Shown piece after piece: positions 18,679 through 28,007 of a stretch of 64,000 bases of DNA. The translations under genes were made by a program, and so were the position numbers. The stretch covers positions 32,984 through 96,983 of the forward strand of contig JAIMAY010000004.1 in the NCBI GenBank assembly GCA_023511725.1, in the 5' to 3' direction. The notes under the pieces were generated by a model. It was not told the DNA's origin, did no database searches, and saw only the letters and a program-made list of their open reading frames with translations. Each line of letters starts with the position of its first letter. The first letter of the stretch is position 1. Origin of the DNA: Alicyclobacillus sp. GTDB lineage: Bacteria > Bacillota > Bacilli > Alicyclobacillales > Alicyclobacillaceae.

Positions 18679-18708
18679 TGCATAGTTTTACCCCCCTCGG
18701 AAATACTG
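18679..18708 (+). promoter_or_regulatory. Forespore (sigma-F/sigma-G type) promoter of sigG: TGCATA-N14-GGAAATACTG
   Basis: TGCATA at 18679-18684 and GGAAATACT at 18699-18707 match the sigma-F consensus (-35 GCATA, -10 GGnnAnAnT) as I recall it. sigG starts at 18813. Confidence 0.6.
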
Positions 18709-18812
18709 TTGACGAATTCCTGCGGCCGGCTAACCGTCCCGGACTGACCGGGACCCACTCAGCCGCTCTCCCTGGACGCGCAGGATGGCCACGGCAGCTT
18801 GGGGGGAACTGC

Positions 18813-19592
18813 ATGAGGCGCAACAAGGTGGAGATTTGCGGCGTCAACACCTCACAATTGCCGGTGTTGACCAACGCCGAGATGCGGGATTTGTTCCAGC
18901 GATTGCGCGCAGGAGATCTGTCTGCTCGCGAGAAGCTGGTGAACGGTAATCTGCGTTTGGTGCTTTCCGTCATACAGCGATTCAACAACCGCGGCGAGCA
19001 CGTCGACGACCTGTTCCAGGTCGGATGCATCGGACTCATGAAGGCGATTGATAATTTCGATCTCAGCCAGAACGTGCGCTTTTCCACATACGCGGTACCC
19101 ATGATTGTCGGCGAGATTCGGCGTTATCTGCGCGATAACAATCCCATCCGCGTCAGCCGGTCGCTCCGCGACATCGCCTACAAAGCGCTTCAGGTTCGCG
19201 ATCAACTCACCAACGAAAACCTCCGTGAACCCACGATTCAAGAGATTTCGGAACACATGGATGTACCCAAGGAGGAAGTGGTGTTCGCGCTCGACGCCAT
19301 CCAGGATCCGGTCTCGCTGTTTGAGCCCATCTACAACGATGGTGGTGACCCCATTTACGTCATGGACCAGATCCACGACGATAAGAACCTGGACAGCAAC
19401 TGGGTGGAGGGCATCGCTATTCGCGAGGCGATGTCCCGCCTTTCCGAGCGCGAGAAAAAAATCCTGTCGATGCGGTTTTACGAAGGGAAAACGCAGATGG
19501 AGGTGGCCGAAGAGATTGGCATCTCGCAGGCGCAGGTGTCGCGTTTGGAGAAGGCGGCGATTCACCGGATGCAGAAGCACATCGAGCCGTGA
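18813..19592 (+). CDS. sigG: RNA polymerase sporulation sigma factor G
   Basis: 259-aa ORF with RNKVEICGVNTSQLPVL, FSTYAVPMIVGEIRRYLRDN and GISQAQVSRLEK. It follows sigE as in all Bacilli. Confidence 0.95.
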   Translation: MRRNKVEICGVNTSQLPVLTNAEMRDLFQRLRAGDLSAREKLVNGNLRLVLSVIQRFNNRGEHVDDLFQVGCIGLMKAIDNFDLSQNVRFSTYAVPMIVGEIRRYLRDNNPIRVSRSLRDIAYKALQVRDQLTNENLREPTIQEISEHMDVPKEEVVFALDAIQDPVSLFEPIYNDGGDPIYVMDQIHDDKNLDSNWVEGIAIREAMSRLSEREKKILSMRFYEGKTQMEVAEEIGISQAQVSRLEKAAIHRMQKHIEP

Positions 19593-19713
19593 TGGGCCAG
19601 TCGTACGCTTTACACCTTTGTCCCAGGAGCGTATTCCGTCCCGCCGCGCATATAGATGATACAAGAGCCGCCGTGACAGGGCAGACGAGGCCAGGCAGGA
19701 AGGCGGGATGGAA

Positions 19714-20007
19714 ATGCGCATTTCCGACCTGCAGGCGAAGGACGTCGTGAACATCGGCGACGGCAAACGGCTGGGGACCATCGGCGATCTCGATGTGGAC
19801 CTCGACACCGGCCTCATTCGCGCCATCATCATTGCCGGCCAGACGCGCTGGTTTGGCATCCTGGGCGGCGGCCAGGAAGTCGTGGTGCCCTGGAACCAGA
19901 TTGTTCGGATTGGACACGATGTGATCCTCGTCGATCTGCGGCCCGTTTCCGACACGGGCTACTACCTGCCGCCAGGCAGCGGTAAGTCAGGAACAGGCGG
20001 TTACTGA
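19714..20007 (+). CDS. ylmC: YlmC/YmxH family sporulation protein (PRC-barrel)
   Basis: MRISDLQAKDVVNIGDGKRLGTIGDLDVDLDTGLIRAIII aligns with B. subtilis YlmC. The track ORF starts 2 codons earlier, at 19708. Confidence 0.85.
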   Translation: MRISDLQAKDVVNIGDGKRLGTIGDLDVDLDTGLIRAIIIAGQTRWFGILGGGQEVVVPWNQIVRIGHDVILVDLRPVSDTGYYLPPGSGKSGTGGY

Positions 20008-20014
20008 AGCGCCC

Positions 20015-20040
20015 GCCCGGTCTGCGACCGGGCCTTTTTC
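20015..20040 (+). terminator. Rho-independent terminator after ylmC (GCCCGGTC-TGC-GACCGGGC, then CTTTTTC)
   Basis: Perfect 8-bp stem 20015-20022 / 20026-20033, followed by a T-run at 20035-20039. Confidence 0.7.
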
Positions 20041-20069
20041 GTGTCTGGGGGCGTCGCGACCGGCGGACA

Positions 20070-20078
20070 TGGTATGAT
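20070..20078 (+). promoter_or_regulatory. Extended -10 promoter candidate (TGgTATGAT) for the ylm operon
   Basis: TG at 20070-20071 plus TATGAT at 20073-20078. No good -35 is visible. The position argues for the ATG 20132 start of the next gene. Confidence 0.4.
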
Positions 20079-20131
20079 CTAGGTCAGCGAACCTCATGCT
20101 CAGAAACGTTGAGGGGACGGAGGGCTGCGTT

Positions 20132-20950
20132 ATGCGCACAACATGGATCGGCGGTGCGGGTGACCCCGTATGGCTGAAGCCTTGGTCTGCCTGGCCGTGG
20201 CTGGAAGCTGTGAGCAGCGGTCGCTTGGGCGGCGTCAGCACGGGCCCGTACGCCTCGCTCAATGTCGGCCTGCATGTCGGGGATGATCCTGCGGCTGTCA
20301 TGACCAACCGAGCGCGCTGTGCCGCCTATCTCGGGTCGGATGTTGGCCGCTGGGTGTTCGCGGAGCAGGTTCATGGGCGCAGCATCGCGGTGGTCACTCA
20401 GGCGCACGCCGGGGCCGGGGTATCCTCTTCACCGCTGCCAGGTGTGGACGCGTTGGTGACGGCAGAGCCGGGCGTTGTGCTGGCCATCCAAACCGCGGAT
20501 TGCGTGCCGGTGCTGTTGGCGGATGTCAGGCAGCGCGTCGTTGCGGTGGTGCACTCTGGCTGGCGGGGCACCGTGCTCGGCATCACCGGGGAGACGGTTC
20601 GCACCATGCAGGCGCAGTTCGGTACACAGCCGGAGGATCTGTATGCGTGGCTGGGCCCGTCTATCCGGCGGTGTTGCTACGAGGTGGATGAACGCGTGGC
20701 GCAGCCGATGCGAGAGCGCTGGGGAGAGGGCGTGCTGTGGGCACGTGTGGGCCATCCAGGGAAGTGGTGGCTGTCGCTCCAGACCGCCATTCGACGCGAT
20801 CTAATGGACGCGGGTGTGCCCACCGCCCAGATCAGAGACTGCGGAGAATGCACGGCGTGCCGCACGCCGCACTTCTTCTCGCATCGTGCGGAGGCCGGGC
20901 GAACCGGGCGGCAACTGACGGCCGTCCGCATCCGTGACGGGATGGGATGA
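20132..20950 (+). CDS. pgeF: Peptidoglycan editing factor PgeF / laccase-domain protein (YlmD)
   Basis: ORF 20096..20950 with DUF152 motifs TADCVPVLL and VVHSGWRGT. ATG 20132 lies 7 nt after GGAGGG. Confidence 0.85.
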   Translation: MRTTWIGGAGDPVWLKPWSAWPWLEAVSSGRLGGVSTGPYASLNVGLHVGDDPAAVMTNRARCAAYLGSDVGRWVFAEQVHGRSIAVVTQAHAGAGVSSSPLPGVDALVTAEPGVVLAIQTADCVPVLLADVRQRVVAVVHSGWRGTVLGITGETVRTMQAQFGTQPEDLYAWLGPSIRRCCYEVDERVAQPMRERWGEGVLWARVGHPGKWWLSLQTAIRRDLMDAGVPTAQIRDCGECTACRTPHFFSHRAEAGRTGRQLTAVRIRDGMG

Positions 20951-21014
20951 CGAGCAGGAGACCGTCTCCGGCGTGTGGAATGATGACAGGGGAGCCGCGG
21001 GAGGAGGCGGTGCC

Positions 21015-21731
21015 GTGGATCGTGCAATGTGGTGGACGGCGCAGATAGCGCAGGTTCGCGACGAAATAAAGGGTGCCTGTCGGCGCGCTGGACGCGCGGC
21101 GGATGAGGTGCGGTTGGTCGGTGTCACCAAGACGCTCGCGCCGGAGGCTGTGGTGGACCTGATTCGAACCGGGCTTCGCGATGTGGGAGAGAACCGTTGG
21201 CAGCAGGCCCGCCCCAAGCTCGCGCAACCTGGCGCCGACACTCTCACTTGGCATTTCATCGGTCATCTTCAATCCAACAAGGTGCGCCCGGTGGTGCGAC
21301 ATTTCGATTGGATCCACTCGGTGGATTCGGAGGCTTTGGGGCGCCTGATCAGCGACGAGGCGGTGCGGCAAGAGCGCACCATCCACGTCTTGGTGCAGGT
21401 GAACATCGCCCGTGAGCCGCAGAAATCGGGCGTGGCGCCGGAACAGACCCGGCCGCTGCTTGAGACGCTTGCGGCATGTCCAGGGCTGAGGCTCGAGGGG
21501 CTGATGACGATGGCACCGGCGGCGTCAAATCCAGAGGACGTTCGCTGGGTGTTCCGCGCGCTTCGCGAATTGCGCGATGAGATGGAGCGGCAGACAGGGA
21601 TTCCCCTGCCGGAGTTGTCGATGGGCATGTCGGGCGATTTCGTACCCGCCGTGGAGGAGGGCGCCACGATGGTGCGCATCGGCCGGCGGTTGTTCCCGCC
21701 CATGCCTGGGGAGGACGACGTGGTGTCATGA
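21015..21731 (+). CDS. ylmE: YggS-family pyridoxal-phosphate homeostasis protein (YlmE)
   Basis: ORF 20934..21731 with PLP-lysine context RLVGVTKT and the motif HFIGHLQSNK. The start is either GTG 21015 (7 nt after GGAGGAGG) or ATG 21027. Confidence 0.88.
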   Translation: MDRAMWWTAQIAQVRDEIKGACRRAGRAADEVRLVGVTKTLAPEAVVDLIRTGLRDVGENRWQQARPKLAQPGADTLTWHFIGHLQSNKVRPVVRHFDWIHSVDSEALGRLISDEAVRQERTIHVLVQVNIAREPQKSGVAPEQTRPLLETLAACPGLRLEGLMTMAPAASNPEDVRWVFRALRELRDEMERQTGIPLPELSMGMSGDFVPAVEEGATMVRIGRRLFPPMPGEDDVVS

Positions 21732-22027
21732 ATGTCTCGGAGTGGATGCTCGACGGTATCCAGGCGCTGCTGATGGCGTACACGTACCTGCTGCTCGCGA
21801 TGGTCATCATCTACTGGCTGCCCGATGTGGCGGACACCCGCGTGGGCTGGTGGATCACTCGCCTGACCGAGCCGTATCTGGGTTTGTTTCGCCGCTTCAT
21901 TCCTCCCCTGCGCTGGCGCGGCCTCGTGGTGGACTGGTCCGTGCTGGTCGCCATGCTCGTCTACCTCTTCATTCAGCAGGGCGTGGTCGCCGTGTTGGCC
22001 ATGCTCGTCCACGGGGGGCCCGCATGA
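21728..22027 (+). CDS. ylmG: YggT family membrane protein (YlmG)
   Basis: 99-aa two-TM ORF (LTEPYLGLFRRFIPP). ATGA overlaps are present at both ends. Confidence 0.85.
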   Translation: MNVSEWMLDGIQALLMAYTYLLLAMVIIYWLPDVADTRVGWWITRLTEPYLGLFRRFIPPLRWRGLVVDWSVLVAMLVYLFIQQGVVAVLAMLVHGGPA

Positions 22028-22827
22028 GACTGCACGGACTTCGCCTGCTTCCTGAAGAGACGGCGTGGCTGCGCCGGGCGGAGGAGCTTGCGCAGCGCGC
22101 TGACGCGCGCGGCTACCCGGTACTGACCGACTTTCTCACGCCGCGCGAGCGGATGATTGCCGAAGCCGTGGCGGCGGACGTGGGCGTTTTCACGGCGGCA
22201 TGGGGTGGTCACGAGGAGGCCGAGCGCCAGCGCCTGATCCTGCAGTCCTGGGAGGGGGAGCCGGACGCGGAGGCATTCGAGATCGACGTGTTGGGTGTGA
22301 CCGTGTCGGACGGAGCACCCTTGTCCCACGGCGCGGTGTTGGGGAGCGTGCTTGGGCTGGGCGTGGAACGACGCCGGGTGGGCGATATCGCCGTGCTCGG
22401 ACCGCGCGCCTGGATGGCCGTCTGCCGGGGCACGAGCGACTTCGTGCTGGGTTCGCTTCGCCGCGTGGGGCGCAGAGAAGTCGCGTTGGAACGGCTCGCC
22501 CCCGCAAAAGTCGGCGGCGTGGACGGGGAGACGTGGACCTGGCCCAAGCCGCGTTGGGAGCCGTCCGAGGTCACCGTACCGTCGCTGCGGCTGGATGCGG
22601 TGGTGGCCCACGCGTGTCACTGGCCGCGCGCCGACGCGCAGCGGGCTGTGGCGAACGGGTCGGTGTCGGTCAATCATGTGCCCATCACGGCCCCCGACCA
22701 CGAGGTTCAGGAAGGTGACCTCCTGTCCGTTCGCGGGTTCGGCCGGGTTCGGGTGGAGGAGGTCCAGGGCGCCACGCGCAAGGCCCGGCTCCGCCTGCGG
22801 CTCGGCATCATCCGCTCGCGTGGGTGA
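22024..22827 (+). CDS. ylmH: YlmH-family RNA-binding protein (S4 domain)
   Basis: Real start is ATG 22024 inside track ORF 21577..22827. Contains FLTPRERMIAEAV and a C-terminal S4-like RLDAVVAHA....RADAQRAVANGSVSVNH. Confidence 0.85.
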   Translation: MRLHGLRLLPEETAWLRRAEELAQRADARGYPVLTDFLTPRERMIAEAVAADVGVFTAAWGGHEEAERQRLILQSWEGEPDAEAFEIDVLGVTVSDGAPLSHGAVLGSVLGLGVERRRVGDIAVLGPRAWMAVCRGTSDFVLGSLRRVGRREVALERLAPAKVGGVDGETWTWPKPRWEPSEVTVPSLRLDAVVAHACHWPRADAQRAVANGSVSVNHVPITAPDHEVQEGDLLSVRGFGRVRVEEVQGATRKARLRLRLGIIRSRG

Positions 22828-22947
22828 GCGGGCGGCAGGAGTTCGGGCGAGATCGTCGAATAACAAACCACCAGCATTTGCTGTATGGAGAAGCAGGTGC
22901 GAGTCCTCGCCTGTCGATACATGCATTCCCACATGGAGGTGCGCGGT

Positions 22948-23448
22948 ATGCCGCTTTCACCGCTGGATATTCACAACAAGGAGTTCAGTCGTGCGTTCCG
23001 GGGCTATGATGAGGACGAAGTGGATGATTTCCTGGAACGCGTGATCCAGGACTACGAAGGACTTATCCGTCAGAACAAGGAACTCGAAGAGAAGATTGAG
23101 CAGCTGGAGGAGCGGCTCCGTCACTTTCAGAATCTCGAGGAGAGCCTCAGCAAATCCATCATCGTGGCGCAGGAGACGGCCGAGGAAGTGAAGGCCAACG
23201 CGCGCAAGGAAGCGCAGCTCATCATCAAAGAGGCGGAGAAGAACGCCGACCGGATCATCAGCGAGGCGCTCAACAAGTCGCGCAAGATTGCGCTGGAGGT
23301 GGAGGAGATCCAAAAGCAGGCGGCCATCTTCCGCGCGCGCTTCCGGTCGCTGATCCAGGCCCAGTTGGAAATGCTGGAATCCGGTGATTGGGAGCGGTTT
23401 GACGCCGAGATCACACTGCCAGAGCAGACGCTGCAGAGCGGGTCCTGA
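22948..23448 (+). CDS. divIVA: Septum-site determining protein DivIVA
   Basis: The sequence begins MPLSPLDIHNKEFSRAFRGYDEDEVDDFLERV, followed by coiled coil. ATG 22948 lies 7 nt after GGAGGT; the track ORF starts at 22885. Confidence 0.93.
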   Translation: MPLSPLDIHNKEFSRAFRGYDEDEVDDFLERVIQDYEGLIRQNKELEEKIEQLEERLRHFQNLEESLSKSIIVAQETAEEVKANARKEAQLIIKEAEKNADRIISEALNKSRKIALEVEEIQKQAAIFRARFRSLIQAQLEMLESGDWERFDAEITLPEQTLQSGS

Positions 23449-23456
23449 CGATGGCA

Positions 23457-23480
23457 CGGGGGCCGGTACACCGGCCCCCG
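23457..23480. terminator. Perfect 10-bp GC hairpin (CGGGGGCCGG-TACA-CCGGCCCCCG) between convergent divIVA and a small minus-strand ORF
   Basis: The arms are exact reverse complements. No U-tract is present on either strand. The sequence is nearly identical to the hairpin at 63311-63332. Confidence 0.5.
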
Positions 23481-23497
23481 TCGTGTCGGGAAACGCC

Positions 23498-23674
23498 TCA
23501 GACCACGCGAACCGCGATGTAGAGCACGATGCCTGCGAGCAGCGCCGCGAAAAAGTAGGGAGACGCGCTCAGTGTGATCTGAAGCCAGAATTTCGCGATG
23601 AAGCTTGCCACCAGCCAGATGGCCCCTATCCAAATCAGCGCCAGAGACATCAGGTGAAGCCACGTCCTACGCAC
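23498..23674 (-). CDS. Hypothetical small membrane protein (about 58 aa, two hydrophobic segments), below the ORF-track cutoff
   Basis: My own translation of the minus strand gives V/MRRTWLHLMSLALIWIGAIWLVASFIAKFWLQITLSASPYFFAALLAGIVLYIAVRVV*. GTG 23674 lies 9 nt after AAGGTGG (plus-strand CCACCTT at 23684-23690). The alternative start ATG 23650 gives 50 aa. The ORF fills an otherwise empty 380-bp gap. Confidence 0.45.
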   Translation of the reverse strand: MRRTWLHLMSLALIWIGAIWLVASFIAKFWLQITLSASPYFFAALLAGIVLYIAVRVV

Positions 23675-23826
23675 TGAGCCACGCCACCTTGGTTCGTTTG
23701 TCTCTCATCTTAACTCATTCTCGTCCCCGCACCACCCATGCTGGAACCCTGTTCTTGACAGTCTCATGACAGCCCAGGAATGCGCGCCGCAAGCCGCGGT
23801 GACACTAGCCGCGGGGGGCGAATGCC

Positions 23827-24135
23827 ATGCGCGACGCGAGGGAAAGAGCCCACGATTTTTTCATGGCGGAGATGGAGCGCCTCGCCTCACACCTCGAACA
23901 GGTCAACTTTGGGGCGTACGTGGATCTGTTGCAACGGCCCATCCGCCTCGCCTTTCTCAACTGGCTCGGCGGCCTGTTCCGGGGTATCGGCATCGGCGTG
24001 GGGTTCACCCTGGTGGCGAGCGCCATCATCTTGGTGTTGGAATGGGTGGCTGTGTTGAATCTGCCCGTGATTGGCAAATACATCGCCGAGATTGTGCGCA
24101 TGGTGCAGGCTGAGCTCCACACGCCGACCGTCTGA
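23827..24135 (+). CDS. Small membrane protein, DUF5665-like
   Basis: 102-aa ORF with GGLFRGIGIGVGFTLVASAIILVLEWV..LNLPVIGKYIAEIVRMVQ. A G-rich RBS lies 8 nt upstream. The family assignment is from memory of the motif pattern. Confidence 0.6.
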   Translation: MRDARERAHDFFMAEMERLASHLEQVNFGAYVDLLQRPIRLAFLNWLGGLFRGIGIGVGFTLVASAIILVLEWVAVLNLPVIGKYIAEIVRMVQAELHTPTV

Positions 24136-24160
24136 CGGCGGTGCGAAGGACAAGGGGGAG

Positions 24161-24784
24161 ATGGCGCTGAACCGCTCGAAGACTGAAGCATACAGAAAGC
24201 GTCTGGAAGAGCTCCGCCAGCACTTGCAGGCGCGGCTGGAGCAGAACGGACAGTTTGGCCTGGACGATTCGATGCGCGATGAACTGGGCGAATTGTCTCT
24301 GGTGGACAATCACCCGGCGGATACGGGCGACGAGCTGTTCGAGCGCGGCAAGGACCTGGCGCTGCGGGACGCGCTGAAGATCCGGCTGCAGGAGATTGAC
24401 CGGGCTCTGGCCGCCGTGGAGGCGGGGACGTACGGAGTGTGTCAATCGTGCGGCAGACCCATCCCGGAAGAGCGCCTGGAGGCGTATCCGATGGCCGTAC
24501 GCTGCGTCAAATGCCAGCAGCAATCGGAGGCGCTGGATCCGATGCGGGACAGGCCGGTCGAAGAGGAGGTCCTGTGGCCTTCGTTCGGACGCACCTTCCG
24601 GGATGATGATCCGGAAGAGGTGGTCGCCTTCGACGGCGAGGACGCCTGGCAGGCCGTCGCCCGTTACAATGAGCGAAGTGGGTATTTTCACGACTATGAG
24701 CAGATGGAGATGGATGATAACGAGGGCATCGTGGACCGGATGGACGCTGTATCGAATGAGCAGTATCGGGATCAGTTGCCATGA
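24161..24784 (+). CDS. TraR/DksA-type C4 zinc-finger protein, YteA/YlyA family
   Basis: Real start is ATG 24161 (RBS AAGGGGGAG) within track ORF 24071..24784. The motif CQSCGRPIPEERLEAYPMAVRCVKC lies after a coiled-coil N-terminus. It sits upstream of lspA, like B. subtilis ylyA. Confidence 0.8.
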   Translation: MALNRSKTEAYRKRLEELRQHLQARLEQNGQFGLDDSMRDELGELSLVDNHPADTGDELFERGKDLALRDALKIRLQEIDRALAAVEAGTYGVCQSCGRPIPEERLEAYPMAVRCVKCQQQSEALDPMRDRPVEEEVLWPSFGRTFRDDDPEEVVAFDGEDAWQAVARYNERSGYFHDYEQMEMDDNEGIVDRMDAVSNEQYRDQLP

Positions 24785-24847
24785 GTGGTTCACCGCCGGC
24801 ACGCTTTGGTAAGATAGACGGGCAAGCGTTCGCCGGGGGGCAGGAAC

Positions 24848-25345
24848 ATGTGGGTTTACCTGTGCGCGGCCATCGTCTACGCCGCGGATCAGTGGATCAA
24901 GTGGGTGGTGCGGTCGCATTTGGCGCTCGGCCAAATCATCCCCATCGCGCCACCGTATGTTGTGCTCACGTACATTCGCAACCCGGGCGCGGCGTGGGGC
25001 GTGCTGCCTGGCGCGCGCGGGTTTCTGGTGCTGGTGGCGCTCGTCGTGGCGGCCATCGTGGTGTTTGTGGAGCGCACGCGTCATCCCGGCCGCACGATGC
25101 AGGTGGCGTTGGGGCTGGTGCTCGGCGGGGCGCTCGGTAACCTGACCGACCGTATCCTCCATGGAACGGTGGTGGACTACGTCTACCTCGCCTTCATCCA
25201 CTTTCCCGTCTTCAACCTGGCGGATGTCGCGATTGACGCGGGGGCCATCCTGCTGCTGTGGTGCTTGGGCAGGCAATCCGGTGCCTCGCGGCGCATGGAG
25301 CGCAGCGCCAACGCCGAGGGGGAAGGAAAGGATGGTGGCCCGTGA
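24848..25345 (+). CDS. lspA: Lipoprotein signal peptidase II
   Basis: 165-aa four-TM ORF with NPGAAWG and FNLADVAID motifs. Confidence 0.93.
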   Translation: MWVYLCAAIVYAADQWIKWVVRSHLALGQIIPIAPPYVVLTYIRNPGAAWGVLPGARGFLVLVALVVAAIVVFVERTRHPGRTMQVALGLVLGGALGNLTDRILHGTVVDYVYLAFIHFPVFNLADVAIDAGAILLLWCLGRQSGASRRMERSANAEGEGKDGGP

Positions 25346-26277
25346 CGGCCATCCATGAGCGGCTGCAAACGGAATCGGAAGCGGCCGGCCAGCGGCTCGA
25401 CCGGTGGCTCACCGATGCGCTGCAGGAACTGGATTACCCCGTCTCGCGCAGCCAGGTGCAGCGCTGGATTGACGAAGGCTACATCACGGGTCCCAGACCT
25501 CGACTGAAGGCATCCGACCCTGTCGAACCGGGCGAGTGGTACGAGGTCACCGTGCCGGCACCGGAGCCGGTGAAATTGGCGGCGGAACAGATTCCGCTGG
25601 ACATCGTGTACGAGGACGACGATGTGGTGGTGGTCAATAAACCGCGCGGCATGGTCGTACACCCGGGGGCGGGGCATGACCGCGGGACGGTGATCAACGC
25701 TCTGCTCGGCCGCGGCACGCCGCTGTCCGCGCTGGGCGGAACCTGGCGGCCGGGGGTGGTGCACCGGATCGACAAAGATACGTCGGGTCTGGTGATGTTT
25801 GCGAAGACGGATGCCGCCTACCACGCTTTGACCGCGCAACTTCACGAACACAGCGTGGAACGCGTGTACGAGGCCATCGCGCACGGCGTGATGACCCATG
25901 ATGTGGGTACCATAGATGCACCGGTGGGCCGGGACCCGCGCCACCGCCAGCGAATGGCGGTGACGGCGAGTGGCAAGCGGGCGGTGACACACTTCCGTGT
26001 GGTGGAGCGGTTTGCTGCTTACACCCATGTGGAACTGCGGCTGGAGACCGGACGGACCCACCAGATCCGCTTGCACCTCGCCTATATCGGGCACCCGCTG
26101 GCGGGCGATCCGGTCTACGGCCGCCGCCACACCCTCCCCATCGAGGGTCAGGCGCTGCACGCCGGCGTGCTGGGGTTCACACATCCGCGGGGCGGAGAGC
26201 GGCTTCGTTTTGAGGCGCCGCTGCCGGAGGACATGGCGGGGTTGCTGCAGGGGCTGCGCACCGGCATCTACGGTTGA
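25342..26277 (+). CDS. rluD: 23S rRNA pseudouridine synthase, RluA/RluD family
   Basis: The GTG start overlaps the lspA stop (GTGA). It has an S4 N-terminus (RLDRWL) and the catalytic motif HRIDKDTSGL. Confidence 0.9.
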   Translation: MTAIHERLQTESEAAGQRLDRWLTDALQELDYPVSRSQVQRWIDEGYITGPRPRLKASDPVEPGEWYEVTVPAPEPVKLAAEQIPLDIVYEDDDVVVVNKPRGMVVHPGAGHDRGTVINALLGRGTPLSALGGTWRPGVVHRIDKDTSGLVMFAKTDAAYHALTAQLHEHSVERVYEAIAHGVMTHDVGTIDAPVGRDPRHRQRMAVTASGKRAVTHFRVVERFAAYTHVELRLETGRTHQIRLHLAYIGHPLAGDPVYGRRHTLPIEGQALHAGVLGFTHPRGGERLRFEAPLPEDMAGLLQGLRTGIYG

Positions 26278-26302
26278 CACGCCCGCCTGGCCCTGATACA
26301 GT
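26274..26302 (+). promoter_or_regulatory. Sigma-A promoter of the pyr operon: TTGACA-N17-TACAGT
   Basis: TTGACA at 26274-26279 overlaps the rluD stop, followed by a 17-nt spacer and TACAGT at 26297-26302. Confidence 0.6.
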
Positions 26303-26323
26303 TATTGCGACAAGTGAATCTGA

Positions 26324-28003
<1,680 letters not shown>

Positions 28004-28007
<4 letters not shown>

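Noticed and set aside
19625-19660. GTATT...CATATAGAT upstream of ylmC, considered as a sigma-E or sigma-G promoter
   Set aside because: The spacing (13 nt) and the -35 sequence fit neither consensus.
21577-22023. N-terminal 149-codon extension of the ylmH ORF (track ORF 21577..22827)
   Set aside because: The extension overlaps ylmE and ylmG in another frame and is Arg/Gly/Pro-rich junk. A YlmH-like N-terminus begins at ATG 22024, with an ATGA coupling to ylmG.
22880-22915. Small imperfect palindrome CAGGTGCGAG-TC-CTCGCCTG upstream of divIVA
   Set aside because: It has a 2-nt loop and a bulge, lies inside a non-conserved spurious N-terminal extension frame, and has no clear function.
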